Positions 43,291 to 55,416 of a stretch of 64,000 nucleotides of DNA are shown one piece after another; the stretch's first letter is position 1, and each line of letters opens with the position of its first letter. Location of the stretch: the NCBI GenBank assembly GCA_000165345.1, contig CM000433.1:928001-992000 (forward strand), written 5' to 3'. The notes beneath the pieces were generated by a model. The model was given only the letters and a program-made list of their open reading frames with translations, made no database searches and was not told the origin of the DNA. Made by a program: the position numbers and the translations under genes.

Positions 43291-45958
43291 TTAATTCTTC
43301 TTTGCAGCTCTTTCAACCTCCATTTGAACAAGATCACTAAAGCTAACTTTATTTACCTTTTTCTTCCTAGAGACTTTTTTTGTTGATACATTATTAAAAT
43401 TTTCTGAATTATTTATAGATTTTTGAGAATTATCAAGATTTTTTACTTTAACTTGTTCATTATTAAATCCATTATTTATTGGATTATTATTTTCTTTTGA
43501 TTCTATTGAATTTAAAACAATTTCTTTATTAATTTTANCCAGTAGAAGCAGAATTATGTTTCTCACTGTTCTTTTAACANAATNCTGTTTTATTTTCATT
43601 TTGAAGATTACTATTATNGGTTATTATTAATATTACTTTTCNNATATTCATGCTCATTTTTAATTTTTCTAATAATTTATTATTTTCACTGATTGCTGTT
43701 GAAATTTTTTCAATAACACCATCACTTTGTTTTCTTGTAATATCAAATACTTTAGAAGCATAATCATTATCATCGTTTACCATTCCAAGAATTTTTTTTT
43801 GTTGTTCTTCTAAAGCTGTTCTTGAAATTAATGGTTTAACTTTAGTTTGTTGATAACTTTCTTCTTTATTCAATATATCTGAGAACTTTTCTTGAAATTC
43901 TCTGGTGTTACTTGCCATTTTTTCTTGAAATATTTGTGTAATACTTTTATTGTTCTTTTTTTCATTGACATTTTCCGGGTTATTTTCATTCTTTGATGAC
44001 TTTTCAATAAAGTTATTTTCGTCATATATTTTCAAAATCTCAAGTTCTTTTTCTAATCCAGTAAACATTTCATCTATTCCATTTTCTTCCATAGTTTGAT
44101 TTACTTTTTCATTTAAATGATGATAACGATTTTTGTTATAATTGTTTTGACCGTTAGGAGTATTAACATTCTGTTTAGTATTCATTTTTTTTTCACTTGG
44201 ATGATTACGATTATTAAGATCGTAAGTATATCCTATATCGTATTCTGATACTTCTTCAATATTATCTTCATATAAATTATTTACTGTATTATCAGTAACA
44301 ATTTCTTTTTCTTTATCTTGTAAATATTCATACATTGAGCCAACAACATAATCATCATCATCATTATCATCACTATTATTATTATTATTATTAAGATAAC
44401 TTTCATGATGAATGTCATTATTTTCTACCAACTTTTTTTTACTATTAGCATTAATCATATTAGATTCATTGATTATTGCCTCTATTCTTGCCAAATTATC
44501 ACTACTAGATTTTGAAGTATTATTAATATTGACGTTTTTACTTCTGACCATATTTGCATGTAATGATACACCATTTTCATTGTTTTCATAGTCGTAATCA
44601 TCAATTTGTTCTATTTCATGCTCTTCCTCTTGTATTTCGTTGATTAAATCTTCAGAAGGATGAACTTCGCAATTACTCATTGTCCAATTTAATGGATAAT
44701 CATCTTTATACGTTAATTCATCTAATAATTCAAGATTTATTGGTTGATATAAACCATAAACTGCTAATCTATTAGAACTGTACGTTGTAACATCATAATT
44801 ACTATCAATTTGTTGTGTTAATAAATTATATAATATATCAATTTGTAACAATAATACATATGGAGAAAAATTCTCCATATATAAACTTGAAAGTGGTACA
44901 AGTATAAATGGTATTTCAGAATCTGTAATATTAGTCATCACTTCATCATCACCTTCATTTTCATTATTTAAAAAACTATTATCAAATTTTTTATTTGAAG
45001 TATTATGATTGACAATTGATAATTCTTTCTGTATACTCAAATATTTATGAATTGTCTGAAAAGAATAGTAAACAATTTCATGATTCCATTTAAATTCTTG
45101 CAATGTTTTTGGAACGTAATACATTTGACATAAGATTGCAGTATCAATCCATCCCATTTGATATAAAAGTACCATAATTAACATAAATCCATTTGCAGTA
45201 ATATCACATTGTAATGGATTAATATATTTTGGTTCAAAATGTTTGACATGATTATTTATAACATTATTCTTTTGTCCCATTTTAATGTTGTTATAACTAT
45301 TAAAATCAATATACCCTTTTTCTTGCTCTTCTTCTCTTTCATTAAGACGATTACTTTCCACTTTATCTCGATTTTCCATTTCTTCTATATTTAAACTCAA
45401 ATATTGCCCCCAACTTTCTGCTCTTTCCAATAAGTTCTCATCTTCAGTCTGATTAAGATTCTTCTTCATAATCATTTTATAAAAATTCTCTTTTGTTTCA
45501 TTTGACAATGATAAACCATGCAACATCAAATACTTGTTCATGTTTTCTATAATTATTTTTGAATTTACTCGTAAATATGGAATTAAATAATGATGAAATA
45601 CTGTACTAATAAATCTAATTACACTCCCTTTATTCATATCATATATTTCTTCAGCTGCTATTAATTCATTATTTCCATTTAAATATTCAGGTAATGTACT
45701 CTTTTCTGGAGGATTTAATATAAAATTTAGACATAAATTAATATTATTAAGTGCTTGAGATCTGTTTAATGGTCTTTTATAAATCAATAAATCACCTTCA
45801 GTATTATTATACCCATATAAACTTGACCATTGTTTTAATAAGTTCACTAGTAATATTCCATCTCTAAATTCTTCGTAAAAATTCTCACTTGTCAATTCTA
45901 TTGACCATATATTAATATAGTTGATATATCTAGTAATAAATATCTCAAATACCTCCAT
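43291..45958 (-). CDS. Large low-complexity protein with an N-terminal calponin-homology-like region. Split into two ORFs in the track by assembly ambiguities (N at 43538, 43580, 43584, 43618, 43642-43643).
   Basis: The N-terminus SENFYEEFRDGILLVNLLKQWS resembles a CH domain. The two track ORFs overlap by 26 nt exactly at the Ns, so the frameshift is probably an assembly artefact. Confidence 0.4.
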
Positions 45959-47425
45959 TTTTAATATAAATATATTTATATTATTTTATTCTATTTATTT
46001 AACTCGATCTTAAATGAATAACTTGTATTTATAACCAGAATAAATTCATACAAAAAAAATAACAACTGTCAATTTATTTTATATATTTTAATTATTGCAA
46101 CTTTTCCTCTTTATCTCTTAATTTTTTATTTACTTAAACATAACGATTTCTTAAAATCCATTAATTTTTTGTAATGTTATTAATTACTCAAGTATTACAA
46201 TTACTAATCTTTTTTTTTATTTATATTTCTTCTATTTTTATTATTTATTAATGTCAATCATGGATCTATTTTATAATCACTTGCATTTTTTTTGCAAAAC
46301 CGCATGCAGATTGCATGCATACTGACACGTGTCAAATAATAAACAATGTGGACAAAAAAATAAACAAACATAATAATTAATTTCAGAGAAAAAAACAAAT
46401 GAGAAAATAATAGCGCATTAGCATAGAATAGCTAATAAATAAATTTTGCTAGAGCATTTTCATTATTAAAGAAAAATTAAAGAAAAAAAAAATTAACATA
46501 TAAATTTATAAATAATGAAATTAATTTTTCAAAGACTTTCTTTAACCTTCCCCCCCCTCAGCATCCCCCCACCCATCAAATAATTTGTATAATACCACTA
46601 AAAAAAAGGCAAGATACGTAATTTGCCCGCCTAAAATTCCCCACATTTCTTAAATATTTTATATAATTTGGAGTAGTTAATGGAAATAAATATTTAATAA
46701 TAATTTTAATTTATTAACTTATAAATATACTTGAAAATTTACTAAATTATATCTGGGATGAGGGGCAATATCTCCCTACATTCCGTGGAATTTACGTACT
46801 TAGTTGTCTATTTCGCTTTGTAGACGTCTACAAATTAATATATAGGATAAAATAAATAGAAAAATAAATAGAAGTTAATTGCACCTGCTCCACTAGTATT
46901 GCAATCTGCATGTGCACTAGATGAATAATGGGTAACTTGGTGGATATATTAAATTTGCTGCTATTTAATAAATAGGGGGAGTATAATTAATATTAATGAA
47001 ATTTTTTTTTTAAATTTTGCAATAAAATAGTTTGAAAAAAATATTCATATTAAGGCTAATTTTCATTAGAAAAACTACAAAAAAAAAAAAAGAGATTTTC
47101 TTTTCTTCCATATAATTTAGGGATATATAATAGCCAATATTACCTTTGGAAGTTGGTTAATTGACAATTTTAAGTGGTTTTTGTAACAATATTCTCGGCT
47201 TTAATTACATTGTTGTGTTGACGACATTGATCAAAATAACAGAGAAAATTAATTAATTATATTAGACATTAATATAGTAAAACCTATTTATATTACTATA
47301 TTATCTTCAAATTAAGGCTAATTTCTAAAAATTAAACCAAATATTTACACAGAACTTATAACATATATACATGTTATACTAAGAATTACTTTAAGCTTAT
47401 ATATACCAAAGTTAATTTATAATTA

Positions 47426-50023
47426 ATGTATAATCAGCAAAAAATATTAATTTCCCACCCAAATTCTCTGAATGAAAGGAATCAATCGTTTTCTCCTCCA
47501 TCAACAACTCTAACTCCTTCATCCACGCCTTCTAGCACTCCTACACCATCTTCATCATCTGTTCCTACTCCAAATATTGCACAGATCGCATCTTTAGCTG
47601 CATCTCATATGACAAGTCAACAAATGGTATCTCCTTTTATGTTCCAACAGGGGATAAACCAATCATTCAACAACGGAATGATGAATACTGCTTTATATAA
47701 TGATCCAGCATTATTACAGCTTTACTTTACAAACTTATTCCAAGGAAACCATGGATTTATGCCTCCAATGTATCCATACGGTTCTAGTTACGCTCCTTAT
47801 ATTCCAGGAGCTAAAAATGGAATCCCTGTTACAGAAAATACATCAACTCCACAAATAGTATTCAAAGATAATTTGGAGAATATGAAGAATTTAGCAACAA
47901 ACTCTATAGTTTCTCCAAAATCTAACGATTTGGAAAAGTTAGTCAAAAATAATGGTAATGATAACTTAGTACAAGTAATTTTGTCAACTCCTGAAAGAAC
48001 TAAACAAGAAAATATTATATCGACAGACAAAATAGAAATCGCAGTAAGCACTGAAAATGGAAATGTTTATGACACATCAATGAAAAAAAGACGAAAAGAA
48101 TGCTCAATAGACTCAGTAAACAGTGCTGTTGAGACAGTAGCAACAGAAACTAACTCAAATATGGATGAATGCAGTGCAAAAAAGAAGTCCATAAATGAAG
48201 TAGTGGAAACCAGGTCCTTTGAAAATTCACCAGAGGATGAAGCAGATAATGCAGGAGAAGAGGATGATAACTCAGAAAACGTAGAAACTTTAGGAGAGAA
48301 TCGTATAGAAAGTTTACAAAGCTCTCCACAATATTTAAACTTGAAATCAGAGGAAAATAAATCAAGCTCAAATAACTTCAATTCCTCAATCGGAGGAGGA
48401 AATTCCATTTCAACAAATTCTCATGAAGACGAGCTTTTTCTGTCTAATGATAGAAAAACCTCTTTTGATAAGATTATGAGAATTCACTCCAGCTTGATTG
48501 GATCGCTTTCTTGGACAGTACCAACAGACAAAGATGACATCATTCTAAAATCTGCCAAAGAAAACAATGGAAATTCTACTAGTGAAACATCCAACAATAA
48601 TAATGCAACAAGTATCAATAATAACAGCTCATCTTCTACTAACAAACATGATGAGTCCAACAAGTCTATCAACCAAAATGGACAAGACGAGTACAATCCA
48701 TTTATCCAAAGGGACTATAATTCAGCAAATGTGACATGTTTCTCACCCAGAATGCTTCCAGATTGGCAACTTAACTGGCTTAGAGATGTGACTAGATCCC
48801 TCTCTAGTGTACCAAAAAGTCCAATGACAGGAATTCACTTTGACAGAACAAAGCCCGCATGGGCAGTCTCCTATTATGAATGTGAAACCAGAAAATACTA
48901 CTTCTTCTTCATCCCTGATCTCTCAGAATATACCATTGAGATAACTTTAGCAGCTGCTATTGGTTGCAGGCAAAATGTTGTCGCAAGAGGTGCGCATAAG
49001 AGAAAAAAGCCTGGAGTCCTTACATTTAACCTTTACAGTGGACAGTTTGAAAAATCTAACCCAGAAGCCCCTACTGTAATTGAAGGTGGCTCAGAACACG
49101 CAGGAATGTGCAATCAAAGATTCAGGAAGTCTGCAGTACTTGGAAACAGCAACGGATGTAATAATTTAAAGAATCAGTGTAGTAACTTCCCCATATCACA
49201 CACAAACACAGGGGCTGTTTCATCCGTTATTAACAATCCCATTGCTCCTGATTTCTCCTCCAATAACATCCAAGTCCACCCAAACAACCACCATTTCCTT
49301 AATATCTTTGCACCCAACAGAAATCATATTAACCTAATCGACCCTTCAATGTCTGCACTCAATAACTTTCAAGTTACAAGTCAAATGCATGCTCATCCAC
49401 ATGCAGGGCCCGCTCAAATATTGTTCCCGCACATGGCAATAAATGGCCAGCATTCTGCACATCCAGCTACAATGGCTTCGCTAATGCATGGAAATCCTCA
49501 TGCTATGATGATGGATGCTTTTCAACAAAATGCATTGAGAAATGCATCTTTGCTTTATGCAGCAGCGTTATCATCTTCTACTGGCTCAACTCATAATCCT
49601 ATTCCTTCTGTTGCAATTCCTTCAAATGTTAGCTCTGCCATTGGAGTAGCTACACATTCGGCGGGAAATATAGAGGCAAATATTACAAATGGTGGAAACC
49701 CAGTAATTTTGCCTTCGCCATTAACCACAGCTTCTACTGCTCCTACAGCGCCTAGCACCCCAACTGCTACACCTACATCCAATACAACTCATATGGAGAC
49801 AACAAATAAACTTTCTGTGGCTGGTGTTTGTAGCAATAATATTGAAAATACAAATGCTAATGATACAGAAAATATTGCATGCAAGACTTCTATGGAATTT
49901 ACGTGTGCTCCAACAACTCAAAAAGTTGCGCAAGTTTTATCTTCTACCAATGAAAATACTGGTAATGGCAGTATAATGCTAGATACAGTGGCTTTAGATA
50001 AGTCGATTCAGGGAGAAAAGTAG
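47426..50023 (+). CDS. ApiAP2 transcription factor: one AP2 domain embedded in an S/T/P/N-rich low-complexity protein.
   Basis: MTGIHFDRTKPAWAVSYYECETRKYYFFFIPDLSEYTIEITLAAAIGCRQN fits the AP2 fold pattern G(V/I)xFD...W.A.W...G.R..F......EA...A. A basic stretch, KRKKPG, follows. Confidence 0.55.
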   Translation: MYNQQKILISHPNSLNERNQSFSPPSTTLTPSSTPSSTPTPSSSSVPTPNIAQIASLAASHMTSQQMVSPFMFQQGINQSFNNGMMNTALYNDPALLQLYFTNLFQGNHGFMPPMYPYGSSYAPYIPGAKNGIPVTENTSTPQIVFKDNLENMKNLATNSIVSPKSNDLEKLVKNNGNDNLVQVILSTPERTKQENIISTDKIEIAVSTENGNVYDTSMKKRRKECSIDSVNSAVETVATETNSNMDECSAKKKSINEVVETRSFENSPEDEADNAGEEDDNSENVETLGENRIESLQSSPQYLNLKSEENKSSSNNFNSSIGGGNSISTNSHEDELFLSNDRKTSFDKIMRIHSSLIGSLSWTVPTDKDDIILKSAKENNGNSTSETSNNNNATSINNNSSSSTNKHDESNKSINQNGQDEYNPFIQRDYNSANVTCFSPRMLPDWQLNWLRDVTRSLSSVPKSPMTGIHFDRTKPAWAVSYYECETRKYYFFFIPDLSEYTIEITLAAAIGCRQNVVARGAHKRKKPGVLTFNLYSGQFEKSNPEAPTVIEGGSEHAGMCNQRFRKSAVLGNSNGCNNLKNQCSNFPISHTNTGAVSSVINNPIAPDFSSNNIQVHPNNHHFLNIFAPNRNHINLIDPSMSALNNFQVTSQMHAHPHAGPAQILFPHMAINGQHSAHPATMASLMHGNPHAMMMDAFQQNALRNASLLYAAALSSSTGSTHNPIPSVAIPSNVSSAIGVATHSAGNIEANITNGGNPVILPSPLTTASTAPTAPSTPTATPTSNTTHMETTNKLSVAGVCSNNIENTNANDTENIACKTSMEFTCAPTTQKVAQVLSSTNENTGNGSIMLDTVALDKSIQGEK

Positions 50024-50259
50024 TAAATTCACTTTTAATACTGAAAGAATTAATACTTGAATGATTTAGAGTTCAACAAAAAAAACAAATAAATAGTAGC
50101 TTTGATATATTATAGTTAAGTTTATTATAAATCTAGAGTGACTAAGGTATAATAACTATTGCAAACTTCAAGAATGTGCTTAATATTATTTACTTGATTT
50201 TATAAGTAGAAAAAAGTGGTATTGAAACATTTCTATTTTCATTAATTACTATATGGTGT

Positions 50260-51735
50260 TTAAATATAGTCATTAATTCTATATAGTAATACATCACCTT
50301 TATCGTTACCAGTTGCTAAATACCCACCATATTCTGAAAAATCCATTGAAGTTACGTATTTTAAAGGAGTTCTTGCTGTAGGCCAATTGCTGTATACATG
50401 TCCAGTGTATAAGTTAATCAACTTTAAAGAATCCTTTGTCCATTTTGATGAGATTGCAGCAATTTCATTTCTGGGATGTATTGCCATACTAGTAATGCTA
50501 GTACATATGTTATCAATAGTAAACCTCGGAGTCTTAAATATAGAATTAATATTTGGATTTTCAGATTTATCTTGAGTTTTTTGAATATTATCATCCAATG
50601 AATAAATATTCACGAATCCAGTTGTAGATCCTGTCATAATATAGGAAGAAGAAATAGCTCTTCTTTGAACCTTACTTTTATAAGATGAAACAATACTAGT
50701 TATACATAAAGAACCATAATCTACAATTCTTTCTCTGCATCTTCCAGTATTAATATCCCAAATATAAATTTCACCAGTGTTACTAGTCGATATAATCTTG
50801 TCATTTTCTAATGGATGAAAGGCCAAGCCAGTAACACTATCATTCATTTTAAAAGAACGAACAAGTTGTTTAGTTTGTTCATCCAAAACTAAAATTGTAC
50901 CATTAGATGTAGATAATCCAATATAAGATTTATCAAGTCCTTCGCTTTTTTGAATGGTTAGATTCCAATATCTTTTATCTTTTCTTCCTGCGATTCCAGG
51001 TAAAAAGTTGATCTTTCCTTCTAATAAATCAAATACTCCAATTCTTGCACGCGGACCTAAAAACATCATTTCTTCAGTGGAACTTGTGAATCTTGACTCG
51101 TATATTGGAAAATCATCAAAAAATAAAGAAGAAATTAATTTATTTTCAATTCCATCAACATTAAACAACTTAATCTTCTTGTCCCAGCCACTAACTGATA
51201 ACAATGATACATTATTTCCATTTTCAATATGTTGTCCTTTATGGAACTCAAGTGATTTAACAACACATCCACTAGGAGATTGTATATTAGCATTAGTTAA
51301 TCTTTTAATATCAATCTTTGATTGGCTAATAATACTTTTTCCACTTTTAATTAATTTATCATTCTTTCTACTTTTGTAATCTTGAATATATTTGTAAATC
51401 TTACCAGTTTTTACTTTATTAAATGTTTCTAAATTACTTAAAGAATCAGATTTGATATTATTTACACTTTCTTGATCTAAATGATCAGTATCAACTGATT
51501 CAAATATTTCTTTTCTTGCTTTGTAAATCCATTCATTACCTTTTGTCTTAAAAACTTTATTTTGGTGAAACTCTCTTAATCTTTTCGAGTATTCTTTTCC
51601 ATCTATTGACTTTTCTCCATCCACTTTTCTTAATTTCCTTAACTTTAAATTATCAGAAATATCAATTTCAACATTTTCATCATCGGAATCACACCAAACT
51701 CTAGAGCTCTTTTGAACCTTCTGTACCTCCTCCAT
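50260..51735 (-). CDS. WD40-repeat protein, UTP18-like (SSU processome).
   Basis: The N-terminus SRVWCDSDDENVEI is the UTP18-type WxDxDDE motif. At least 5 WD repeats follow (GEIYIWD, GDVLLYR). Confidence 0.5.
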   Translation of the reverse strand: MEEVQKVQKSSRVWCDSDDENVEIDISDNLKLRKLRKVDGEKSIDGKEYSKRLREFHQNKVFKTKGNEWIYKARKEIFESVDTDHLDQESVNNIKSDSLSNLETFNKVKTGKIYKYIQDYKSRKNDKLIKSGKSIISQSKIDIKRLTNANIQSPSGCVVKSLEFHKGQHIENGNNVSLLSVSGWDKKIKLFNVDGIENKLISSLFFDDFPIYESRFTSSTEEMMFLGPRARIGVFDLLEGKINFLPGIAGRKDKRYWNLTIQKSEGLDKSYIGLSTSNGTILVLDEQTKQLVRSFKMNDSVTGLAFHPLENDKIISTSNTGEIYIWDINTGRCRERIVDYGSLCITSIVSSYKSKVQRRAISSSYIMTGSTTGFVNIYSLDDNIQKTQDKSENPNINSIFKTPRFTIDNICTSITSMAIHPRNEIAAISSKWTKDSLKLINLYTGHVYSNWPTARTPLKYVTSMDFSEYGGYLATGNDKGDVLLYRINDYI

Positions 51736-52066
51736 TTTGAAAGATTGTGTTATTTTGCCTCTTTCTTCTTTTTAATGTTTTATACGTAATTTCCTACTCA
51801 CTTCAACAAGAATTCTGACACTTAACCTTCTAAAATCTGTTCCTCCTTTATTTAAAACTTATGTTTAAAAAAAAAAAAAAGAGAAAGGAAAAAACCTGCC
51901 TTAATATTCCCTTTTTCCCTCTAAACACTAAATTTATCAAATTAAATATTCTCTGAAAAATATCAACTAAATCACTTTTAAACTTATTTTCTTATATACT
52001 CGCTTAATATCAAATTAAGCCTTGTATTAGTACTAATCACTTTCTGACTAATTTAATATTTACCAG

Positions 52067-52086
52067 GGCGCCAAAATCTTGGCGCC
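52067..52086. promoter_or_regulatory. Two E2F-like half-palindromes in inverted orientation, GGCGCCAAAATCTTGGCGCC, about 330 bp upstream of the UTP18-like gene.
   Basis: Seen in the sequence: 8-bp arms around a 4-nt spacer. Confidence 0.4.
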
Positions 52087-52144
52087 TATTGAAATTAAAA
52101 TTGGCTGAAAATGGAAATGCATGTGCAAAGAGTAATAATGTGAA

Positions 52145-53737
52145 TTATTCAAATTTCATACTGGAATGTCTAATAATTCTGAACATAGAAATTATAATTA
52201 AAAATGCAATGGGAATGGCTATGGGGGAATATACTGCCATGATAAGATCTGTGTTGAAGGTTTTTTTATTATGAAACTCGGGATTAAAAAGTAAATTATT
52301 AGAATTTTGTAGAATAGTAGGTAAATAGTTGTGGCTGATAGTGTGAATATTAGAGATCATTTTATTCATATATTTAATAGCATATAAAATATGATTTGGA
52401 AGCTTGAACTTATTGTATAAGTTTAGAGTTAAGAAAAACCTATCAATATTGAAAATAATATGATTGATTAGATAATTGGAATGAATAAGTTGAATAGCTG
52501 ATATCTGCCAATCAGAAAGAAAAAGGTTTTGATTTTCTTCTCTAATGTGATTTTGAAATGTCACATTATTAATTCTGCTTTTGAAATTGAGTTTATAATC
52601 TTTTGGAAGAATAAATGATCTGATTACATTTATCCAAATCATGGTCGGGAATAAGAGAGTGTTTGTATCATTAGTTATAATAGAATGAGTGAATAAAAAG
52701 TCACTGTTTTTACTAGTAAAACTGTAATGATCAGTATCGTTAAATTTTGAAAAATGGTTGAAAATAGATAATTTAAATGTATTTTGGTCAAAGTGATAAT
52801 AATTGTTTTCATTAAGGTTTTGAATCAATCTATTATAGGTCTTCTGATTATCTTGAAAGTCTATACTATCTTTGGTGATATATTTGTTCTGGTTTTTAAT
52901 GTCTATATATAATAATTGATTAATTTGTGAAAGAAAGTTATTAAATATTAAAAATGATTGGCTTTTATTAAAATCTGGTAAATTTTCATAATTAATTTCC
53001 AAGTCAAATAAATTATACATGTAAATCTGAAGAGAAGTATATTTAGTCATTTCAGGTTCATTTTCAGTAAATTTTAAAAACCAAATATCATAAAGATCGT
53101 TTAAAATGATAAAAAAATCACTCTTGGTAATTTCATTATTCAAACAAAATAGTGATACTTTACTATTATACAAATTTATTGTATTTTTAGAACTGCTTTT
53201 ACCACAATTTTTAAAAGAAACAAATATTGAATATGAATACTGAGTATTTTGCTCCTTAATATTCTGAGATTCCAAGTATGTTTCAAAGTTGCTTTCTATA
53301 GGATTTTGAATCTCATCTAAATCACTATTTAAATATTTATCATTTAGAGTAGCTTTAAGAAGAATACGGTTATTTTCATTAACAAATTTAGGTTTCTTAT
53401 GGTTATATACTATTTCTCTAGAATATTCATCACTTTTTGAAAATATACGTCCTTTAAGAATTTCAAGATCATACTCATTTAAACCTTTAATATTAATTAA
53501 AACATTATTTATATGATTTTCTTTTTTTAGTTTCAAAAAGTTCGACTTAAAACTGTAAAATAAGTAGTTAATTTCTATAATTCCAAGAATTGAATTTTTA
53601 AATATATATAAATAATCTGCTGAAAAGTATATTATGAAGACCAAAAACGAGTATACTATCCAAAAAAACCATGTTTTAATATTAATTTGAATTAGTAAAT
53701 TATTAACAAAAGCTTTCTTTTCATTTTCTTCTGTCAT
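52145..53737 (-). CDS. Hypothetical membrane protein, 530 aa, with N-terminal and C-terminal TM segments.
   Basis: ATG start. The N-terminal TM is WFFWIVYSFLVFIIYF and the C-terminal TM is MAVYSPIAIPIAFLIIISMF. No domain recognised. Confidence 0.5.
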   Translation of the reverse strand: MTEENEKKAFVNNLLIQINIKTWFFWIVYSFLVFIIYFSADYLYIFKNSILGIIEINYLFYSFKSNFLKLKKENHINNVLINIKGLNEYDLEILKGRIFSKSDEYSREIVYNHKKPKFVNENNRILLKATLNDKYLNSDLDEIQNPIESNFETYLESQNIKEQNTQYSYSIFVSFKNCGKSSSKNTINLYNSKVSLFCLNNEITKSDFFIILNDLYDIWFLKFTENEPEMTKYTSLQIYMYNLFDLEINYENLPDFNKSQSFLIFNNFLSQINQLLYIDIKNQNKYITKDSIDFQDNQKTYNRLIQNLNENNYYHFDQNTFKLSIFNHFSKFNDTDHYSFTSKNSDFLFTHSIITNDTNTLLFPTMIWINVIRSFILPKDYKLNFKSRINNVTFQNHIREENQNLFLSDWQISAIQLIHSNYLINHIIFNIDRFFLTLNLYNKFKLPNHILYAIKYMNKMISNIHTISHNYLPTILQNSNNLLFNPEFHNKKTFNTDLIMAVYSPIAIPIAFLIIISMFRIIRHSSMKFE

Positions 53738-53931
53738 TTAGGGAAAAAAAAAATTTATTTTTTTCTTGGTAAATTTATTTCATATACCGGTACTAAGGTA
53801 CCGGTGCATGGCGCCATTCCCCACATCCCAATGCACACGGGGAAAAATGACAATTTTTTTTTTTTAATGAATAAAAATTAATTAATTAACTATTATTCAA
53901 TAAAGGCAGATAACTGAGTAATAATGGACAA
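53738..53931. promoter_or_regulatory. A 194-bp bidirectional promoter between divergent genes. It contains the hairpin-forming palindrome ACCGGTAC-taag-GTACCGGT (53786-53805) immediately followed by the E2F-like palindrome ATGGCGCCAT (53808-53817).
   Basis: Seen in the sequence. The divergent ATGs are at 53737 (minus) and 53932 (plus). Confidence 0.45.
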
Positions 53932-55416
53932 ATGGATAGAGAATTCTTTGTTTTATTGGTAATAGCCATACTGATGAGTTTGAGAATAAGTTGTTATAAA
54001 TGCGATAATCAAGCTGTGAAAAATGTAAAACCAATAATAAGTGAATTATTTGATATGTTACTGGAAAATATTGAAGCTAAAAGAAAAGAAGAAATTCAAT
54101 TTAATGAAACTTTTCTTGAGAATGGAAAGGACTTGAATCATTATATAGATAATAATAAGCCAACAAAATTAACTAAAATTACAAATACAATATATGAAGC
54201 AAATCAAGACAAAGTCGAAATTATTGATAGAGAAATATCAATCTTAGATGGTCAAATGAGCTTGAGACTAGGAATTGTTGTTAATTTGCTCTATGGAAAC
54301 CAATCAGTTTTGGTACTTAAACTATGGAATGAAAGTTACTCTAAGATTAGTAAAAATTACAGTCTATTGTGTTCTTCATCCAACATAAATAGTAACTTTA
54401 TAACGAATCCTTCAGAATATAGAGAAATTCATAATACCAATAAGAATTATTTATTATTTGAGATGAAACAAGAAATATCAAATATAAACGAAAAGACATT
54501 TTTGTTATGCCTTTCAGATAGTATCACCAGTAATCATTCAATATATATTACAAAACTTTCATTTTCTTCTAATAATGAACTAAAGGAAACTAATCATTAT
54601 AAAGAAAAGAACCTAAATCAATTTGAGGAATTCGAATCTAAAAGTGATCTAGTAGGAAAACATGAAATTCTTGAATTAAATCAGCAAGAAAATGATGATC
54701 AGATTCTGGTCAGAACAAAAGTACCAAGTGGTCAGAATTGCTCAGATTTCAAGCTTATATTACTAAGTAATCAGAAAAACTCAATTACAAATGGCGAGCT
54801 ACTTCCTGAAACAAAAACTACAAACAACTATGAGAATATTTGCTTTTGGAGTTTAAAACTCGAAAATACTCAATTCAAAGATTCAAATCTACTGGAAATT
54901 GTGCAAAGACACAAAAACAGTGGGGCTACATTTACTATAGCCAAAGTGAATCCAACCCCTATAAACTATAAATATGGTAAAAGGAGTCAATTCATGCTTT
55001 CTAAGTCATTCTTATTTAAAATACTCCTTTTGGTTCTAAACCTGATTCCTGTTACACTGCTTACACTAGGAGTCTATTTAATTATTGCCGAAATTTGGAC
55101 AATCATATCCTCAAAAGTCTTAGAAAATAAGAAATGTCTTAGTAACGCTATATTCAAATCTAGTAAATGTCAACAAAGAACTAATGTTTCTAAAAAAACT
55201 ATAAGCAATAGAGAAAATGATACCAATAATAACTGGATTGACAAAAGAAAAGAAACAAAACCAATTCAATTCTCCAGCTTTAACATTGTTACCAGCAAAA
55301 ATCTTAATTCCGAAGAATCTGGATTCTCATCAGGAGAAAATGAGCCAGTTGTCAAAGGTGACCCCTACAGATATTTTGACTCTGATTGCTCAATTAGCAC
55401 TCACACAGGTATTTAG
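53932..55416 (+). CDS. Type I membrane protein (signal peptide, ectodomain, one TM) of unknown family.
   Basis: Signal peptide MDREFFVLLVIAILMSLRISC. TM segment LFKILLLVLNLIPVTLLTLGVYLIIAEIW. Confidence 0.5.
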   Translation: MDREFFVLLVIAILMSLRISCYKCDNQAVKNVKPIISELFDMLLENIEAKRKEEIQFNETFLENGKDLNHYIDNNKPTKLTKITNTIYEANQDKVEIIDREISILDGQMSLRLGIVVNLLYGNQSVLVLKLWNESYSKISKNYSLLCSSSNINSNFITNPSEYREIHNTNKNYLLFEMKQEISNINEKTFLLCLSDSITSNHSIYITKLSFSSNNELKETNHYKEKNLNQFEEFESKSDLVGKHEILELNQQENDDQILVRTKVPSGQNCSDFKLILLSNQKNSITNGELLPETKTTNNYENICFWSLKLENTQFKDSNLLEIVQRHKNSGATFTIAKVNPTPINYKYGKRSQFMLSKSFLFKILLLVLNLIPVTLLTLGVYLIIAEIWTIISSKVLENKKCLSNAIFKSSKCQQRTNVSKKTISNRENDTNNNWIDKRKETKPIQFSSFNIVTSKNLNSEESGFSSGENEPVVKGDPYRYFDSDCSISTHTGI

